From assembly GCA_903822175.1 (NCBI GenBank), contig CAIJOB010000011.1:36815-100814 (forward strand): 64,000 bases of DNA, written 5' to 3'. Positions 59,724-64,000 of this stretch are shown here, in pieces. The number at the start of each line of letters is the position of its first letter. The first letter of the stretch is position 1. A program made the translations under genes and the position numbers. Under the pieces are notes generated by a model. The model saw only the letters and a program-made list of their open reading frames with translations, ran no database searches and had not been told where the DNA came from. The DNA is from an uncultured Alphaproteobacteria bacterium. GTDB taxonomy: Bacteria > Pseudomonadota > Alphaproteobacteria > Caulobacterales > Caulobacteraceae.

Positions 59724-60326
59724 TCAGGCGAGGATGATCGCTCCCTCGGCGATCTGCCGCAGCGTCTCCACGTAGAATTCCGGCTCCAGGGCCGTCACGC
59801 GAGCTTCCAGCGCCTCCGCCGTGTCCCTGTGCGCCACAGGCACGCCGCGCCGCGCCAGCACCGGGCCGCGGTCGTATTCCTCGTCCACCAGATGGATACA
59901 GATGCCGCTCTCAGCCACGCCGGCCGCGATCACAGCCTCGTGGACGCGCCGGCCGTACATGCCGTGGCCGCCGAACGTCGGCAGCGGACCTGGATGGATG
60001 TTGAGGACGCGGCCCGCATAGCGCGCCAGGGTCTTCGAACCCAGTTGGCGCAGATAGCCCGACAAGACGATCAGTTCGACGCCGTGCGCCGCCATTTCCT
60101 CGGCGAGCCGCGCGTCGGCGACCTCGGCATCGGCCTGTGTGGGAATGCACAGCGCCGGCACGCCGGCCTCGGCGGCGAACGCCAGGGCGGCTGCGGAGCG
60201 GTTGTTGCTGACCAGCAGGCGCGCCTGAGCGTCCAGCTGGCCGGCCGCGATGGCCGCGACGATGGCCCGGGCGCTGGAGCCGTTGGCGGACGCGAGGAAG
60301 CCGATCTTAAGCGGTTTATTAATCAC
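59724..60326 (-). CDS. PurN-type phosphoribosylglycinamide formyltransferase family protein
   Basis: 200 aa. GTG start overlapping the upstream stop (GTGA). LNIHPGPLP (Asn/His) and VDEEYDRGPV (Asp) catalytic motifs. Confidence 0.8.
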   Translation of the reverse strand: MINKPLKIGFLASANGSSARAIVAAIAAGQLDAQARLLVSNNRSAAALAFAAEAGVPALCIPTQADAEVADARLAEEMAAHGVELIVLSGYLRQLGSKTLARYAGRVLNIHPGPLPTFGGHGMYGRRVHEAVIAAGVAESGICIHLVDEEYDRGPVLARRGVPVAHRDTAEALEARVTALEPEFYVETLRQIAEGAIILA

Positions 60327-61144
60327 GATAATTTGCCGCTGAGTTCATGTGAAAACCGCAACCCATCGTAGGCGGCTTCCACGCTAGGCGGCAGCTCCGC
60401 CTGCAGCGTCGCATAGTCCAGGTCGATGTGCAGATTGGTCAGGATCGCGCGCTTGGGCTGCAGCCGCGCGATCCATTCCAGCGTCCGCTCCAGATGCGCG
60501 TGGGTCGGATGCGGCCGGTAGCGCAAGGCGTCGACGATCCAGACGTCCAGCCCGGCCAGCGCCGCGAACGCCGCCTCGTCCAGGTTCACCACATCGCTGG
60601 AATAGGCCACGCCGCCGAACCTGTAGCCGACCGAGCGCACCCCGCCGTGGTCCTGGTCGAAGGTCACCACCGGGATCGCCCCCGACGGCCCGTCGACCCG
60701 CCAGGCCACGCCGTGCGCCGGGATCGCTCGCCGTTCGCAGATCGCCGGATAGCCGCCCTCAGGTTCGAAGATGTAGCCGAACCGCCGCATCATCGAGGCC
60801 TCGGTGGCCGCGTCCATGTGGCAGGCGATCTTCGCCCGCTGGCGGATGAAGAAGGCCCGCACGTCATCGATGCCGTGCACCTGATCGGCGTGATCGTGGG
60901 TCAGCAGGATGGCGTCCAGCCGCTTCGCGCCCGCCTGCGCGGTCTGCAGCCGCAGGTCCGGCGAGGTGTCGACGATCAGGGTGGTCTCGTTCTCGGCGCC
61001 CTCCCCCGATTTGCGGACGAGGAGGGAACAGCGCGACCGCATGTTCTTCGGCTCCGCCGGATCGCAGTCCCCCCAGTCGCCGTCCGCCCGCGGCACGCCG
61101 CCGGAGGAGCCGCAGCCGAGGATCGTGAACTCCAGGCGGCTCAT
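60323..61144 (-). CDS. MBL-fold metallo-hydrolase (PhnP/GPMBL-like)
   Basis: ORF 60323..61660. Start set at ATG 61144 (MSRLEFTILGCGSSGGVPR), overlapping the tatD stop (ATGA). LLTHDHADQVHG motif. Confidence 0.85.
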   Translation of the reverse strand: MSRLEFTILGCGSSGGVPRADGDWGDCDPAEPKNMRSRCSLLVRKSGEGAENETTLIVDTSPDLRLQTAQAGAKRLDAILLTHDHADQVHGIDDVRAFFIRQRAKIACHMDAATEASMMRRFGYIFEPEGGYPAICERRAIPAHGVAWRVDGPSGAIPVVTFDQDHGGVRSVGYRFGGVAYSSDVVNLDEAAFAALAGLDVWIVDALRYRPHPTHAHLERTLEWIARLQPKRAILTNLHIDLDYATLQAELPPSVEAAYDGLRFSHELSGKLS

Positions 61145-61932
61145 GCGCCCGTTCTTCCTGGACGGGGAATCCGGTCGAACACCGCGAAGAAGGCGTCCTC
61201 GGTGCGTTGCTCTGCCTCCTCCAGCGACCAGCCGCGGATCTCCGCCAGCTTGGCCAGCACGTGGGGGATGAACGCCGGCTCGTTGCGCCGGCCGCGATAG
61301 GGCACGGGCGACAGGTACGGACAGTCGGTCTCGACGATAATCCGGTCGGCCGGCATGTCGCGGATCACCGCGCGGACATCCTCGGCGGCCTTGAAGGTCG
61401 CGATCCCCGACACCGAGAACCAGGCCCCCAGCGCCGCCGCCCGCGCCGCCAGCTCCGCGCCCGAGGTGTAGCAGTGCATCAGTATGCGGAACGGCCCGGC
61501 GGCGTATTCCTCCTCCAGAATGGCACCCATGAGATCGTCCGCCTCGCGGGTGTGGACCACCAGCGGCAGGCCGGTCTCGCGCGCCGCGGCGACGTGCGCC
61601 CGGAACACTCTGGCCTGGATATCGCGCGGACTGAGGTCGTAGTGGAAGTCGAGGCCGCATTCGCCGATGCCGACGACGCGCGGATCGGCGGCCAGCTCGA
61701 TCAGCCGTGCCGCGGTCAGGTCAGGATCGTCCTTGGCCTCGTGCGGATGGGTCCCGACGGTCGCCCAGATGTCCGGCGCATCGGCCACGGCGCGTACCTT
61801 GTCGAAGTTCGCAACCTTGTCGCAGATATTGACCATCAGCCCGACGCCGGCCGCCCTCGCCCGCTCAATCACCGCCTCGCGGTCGTCGTCGAACTGCGGG
61901 GCGTGCAGGTTCACATGGCTGTCGATCAGCAT
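61141..61932 (-). CDS. TatD family metal-dependent hydrolase/DNase
   Basis: 263 aa with MLIDSHVNL and ETDCPYL. Confidence 0.92.
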   Translation of the reverse strand: MLIDSHVNLHAPQFDDDREAVIERARAAGVGLMVNICDKVANFDKVRAVADAPDIWATVGTHPHEAKDDPDLTAARLIELAADPRVVGIGECGLDFHYDLSPRDIQARVFRAHVAAARETGLPLVVHTREADDLMGAILEEEYAAGPFRILMHCYTSGAELAARAAALGAWFSVSGIATFKAAEDVRAVIRDMPADRIIVETDCPYLSPVPYRGRRNEPAFIPHVLAKLAEIRGWSLEEAEQRTEDAFFAVFDRIPRPGRTGA

Positions 61933-61941
61933 GGGCTGGGT

Positions 61942-62940
61942 CTAGGCCGCCCGAGCCGCCTGACGCAACTCTCCGAGCGCGGTGAACAGCGCGTCGGTTC
62001 GGTCGAGGTTCAGGGCCTCCACCTCGCGCGGCAGGCGCTGCAGGGTCTCCCAGGCCGCCGCCCAGCGGTCGAGGCCACCGATCCCCTGCCCTGCGCGCTC
62101 AACCGCGAACCCATGCACCCGCTCAGCCAAACGGTCGAACAGCAGGTTGAACTGCGCCTGCCCCTCGCCGCCCCGGAACCGGTCGGTGAGCGAGAGCGCC
62201 ATGGCCTCGTCGACCTTCGGCAGACTCTCCAGCAGGGCGCGGGCGGCGTCATCGATGGCGATGGCGTTGGCGTGGCTGAGCGCCCAGGCGCCGCCCGGCG
62301 CGCCCACGGCCATGGTCGCCAGCCGCAGCGAATCCTCGACGCTGACGTCCTCCCGCTCGCGCACGAAGGCGGCGGCGTCCTCGATCGGCAGCGGCGCGAA
62401 GGCCAGCCTCCGGCAGCGCGAACGAATGGTCGGCAGCAGGCGGCCCGGCGAATGACTGACCATCAACAGGATGCCGTGTGGCGGCGGCTCCTCCAGCGTC
62501 TTCAGGATGGCGTTGGCGGCGTTGACGTTGAGGTCGTCGGCGGCGTCGATGATCGCCACCCGGTGCGGCGCGCTGGCCGGCGACTTGGAGAAGAACTCCG
62601 AGAGCGCCCGGGCCTCGTCCACCGGGATCACCTTGCGCACCTTGCCGCTCTCGTCGACGCGTTCGAGCACGAAGATGTCGGGGTGCGAGCGCGCGATGAT
62701 CTGGCGGCTGACGGGATGGTCGGGGCTCGCGCCCAGGACGCCATAGGCGGGCTCGGCCGGCGCGCCCAACAGCCTGCGCGCCGCGCGGTAGGCGAAGGTC
62801 GCCTTGCCGACGCCCTCCGGCCCGGTCAGCAGCCAGGCGTGGTGCAGCCGGCCCCGCGCGCGGGTCGCCTCGAAGGCCGTCTCGGCGGCTTCGTGGCCGG
62901 TGAGGTCGAACACCTCCCGCGGATGATGCATCTCAGCCAT
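61942..62940 (-). CDS. holB: DNA polymerase III subunit delta prime
   Basis: ORF 61942..62976. Start set at ATG 62940 (62931 is an alternative). LHHAWLLTGPEGVGKAT Walker A-like motif and SRC motif TIRSRCRRL. Confidence 0.9.
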   Translation of the reverse strand: MAEMHHPREVFDLTGHEAAETAFEATRARGRLHHAWLLTGPEGVGKATFAYRAARRLLGAPAEPAYGVLGASPDHPVSRQIIARSHPDIFVLERVDESGKVRKVIPVDEARALSEFFSKSPASAPHRVAIIDAADDLNVNAANAILKTLEEPPPHGILLMVSHSPGRLLPTIRSRCRRLAFAPLPIEDAAAFVREREDVSVEDSLRLATMAVGAPGGAWALSHANAIAIDDAARALLESLPKVDEAMALSLTDRFRGGEGQAQFNLLFDRLAERVHGFAVERAGQGIGGLDRWAAAWETLQRLPREVEALNLDRTDALFTALGELRQAARAA

Positions 62941-63568
62941 GAGCCGCCAGGCGTTCGTCGACGGCCGCCCAGACACGGGCCTCGACCGCGTCCACGTCCC
63001 CGGTAGCGTCGATCACGGCGCAGCGCTCTGGCTCTGCCTTGGCGATGGCCAGGAATCCCTCGCGCAGCCGCTCATGGAAGGCCAGACCCTTGGACTCGAA
63101 ACGCATCTCGCTCCCGGCCCGCACATGCGCCCGCTCCAGCCCGACCTCGACCAGCAGGTCGAAGATCAGCGTCAGGTCCGGCCGGGTGTCCTCCAGGATA
63201 TAGGTCTCCATCGCCGCGATCAGCGCCGGGTCGGTTCCGCCCGCCGCGCCCTGATAGGCCCGGGTGGAATCGGCGAAGCGATCGCAAACCACCCAGGCGC
63301 CCCGGGCCAAGGCCGGGCGGATCACCCGCTCCACATGGTCGCGCCGCGCGGCGTACATGAGCAGGGTCTCGGTAACCGGGCTCCAGCGGTCGGCGTTCCC
63401 CTTCAACACCAGTTCGCGGATGCTCTCGGCGCCCGGCGAGCCGCCGGGTTCGCGGGTCGCCACGACCTCGCGGCCACTGCTTTGCAGGCGCGCGGCAAGG
63501 CGCTTGAGCTGGGTGGATTTCCCCGCCCCCTCGCCGCCTTCGAAGGTGATGAATCTGCCTTGGCTCAC
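62933..63568 (-). CDS. tmk: dTMP (thymidylate) kinase
   Basis: 211 aa with FITFEGGEGAGKSTQ and the DRF motif. Confidence 0.96.
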   Translation of the reverse strand: MSQGRFITFEGGEGAGKSTQLKRLAARLQSSGREVVATREPGGSPGAESIRELVLKGNADRWSPVTETLLMYAARRDHVERVIRPALARGAWVVCDRFADSTRAYQGAAGGTDPALIAAMETYILEDTRPDLTLIFDLLVEVGLERAHVRAGSEMRFESKGLAFHERLREGFLAIAKAEPERCAVIDATGDVDAVEARVWAAVDERLAAHG

Positions 63569-63610
63569 CGGCGCAAAATGGCCGGTTCGCCCAGGATGTC
63601 TAGGGGAAGT

Positions 63611-64000
63611 CTAGGGCCTGACGACCCGGGCGTCCGCGAAGCCGATGGCCGCCACCTTGTCGCGCACCGCACGCGCCTCGACCTCGTCGGAAAGCCCGGC
63701 CAGATAGACGCGATACATGGTCACCCCGCCGCGCTCGAACGGCTCGACCTTGACCGCGCCGGCCGACGCCAGCTGAGCCGCCGCGCGCTTGGCGTTGTCC
63801 TGGTCGCTGAAGGCGGCGGCCTGGATGCTGTAGGCGCGCGCCGAAGGCGTGCTGGTCGCGGCGGCGGCAAACTTGGGCGCCGGCAGCGCAACGGTCGGCG
63901 CCGGAACCGAAGGCGCACGCGGGTTTGCAACGGCGGACGGCTGTCCGGAGGCGGCCTCCAGGATCGCCCTCTGCGCGACCGGTTGGACTCGCCGCGCCAC
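63611..64000 (-). CDS. C-terminal part of a SPOR-domain cell-wall protein (RlpA-type or D,D-carboxypeptidase-type); the N-terminus lies outside the window
   Basis: Open at the window edge. The SPOR-like C-terminus is YSIQAAAFSDQDNAKRAAAQL...YRVYLAGLSDEVEARAVRDKVAAIGFADARVV, preceded by an Ala/Pro-rich linker. Confidence 0.65.
   Translation of the reverse strand: MARRVQPVAQRAILEAASGQPSAVANPRAPSVPAPTVALPAPKFAAAATSTPSARAYSIQAAAFSDQDNAKRAAAQLASAGAVKVEPFERGGVTMYRVYLAGLSDEVEARAVRDKVAAIGFADARVVRP

Noticed and set aside
60307-60322. TTAA-GCGGTTTA-TTAA as a CtrA box.
   Set aside because: The spacer is 8 nt, not 7. The motif lies at a coding junction (the MBL stop and the PurN-like start) and simply reflects the codons for MINKPLK.

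Overview
This is a very GC-rich, tightly packed chromosomal segment. Its gene content and order are gltA-gltX / comEC / lexA / trpC-trpD-trpG ... trpE-ppiD / tpiA / secG-pyrG / rpmF / eno / ftsB-pdhA-pdhB-pdhC-lpdA / lipA / ispDF / dusB-ntrBC-ntrYX-hfq-hflX / mazG / tatD-holB-tmk. That is what I would expect for the core chromosome of a Caulobacterales-type alphaproteobacterium; the taxon is my inference from synteny, not a search result. I call 63 protein-coding genes, two of them cut by the window edges. One of these, the esterase at 1..676, is missing from the ORF track. I see no rRNA, tRNA, CRISPR array, transposase, integrase or prophage block. The many long ORFs antisense to real genes are GC-driven shadow frames. 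I do not see a convincing self-contained novel multi-gene system. The best leads are all modest: (1) the only accessory-looking block, 30.5-37.3 kb, which holds an orphan protein made only of beta-barrel accessory modules, the longest intergenic region of the window with paired near-palindromes and nested hairpins, a heterodimeric ABC exporter pair, and a stand-alone Aas-type acyl-ACP synthetase; (2) a RatA/COQ10-like gene whose conserved N-terminus lies upstream of any ATG/GTG/TTG, implying a CTG start fused to the lipA stop; (3) two thiol/redox genes (GFA-type and glutathione peroxidase) translationally embedded in the PDH operon; (4) NtrC and NtrX both lacking the GAFTGA sigma-54 contact motif; (5) five of ten convergent gene pairs sharing their stop codons (four times as CTAG). 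All functional calls come from my own reading of the translated ORFs and remembered family motifs. No database search was run.
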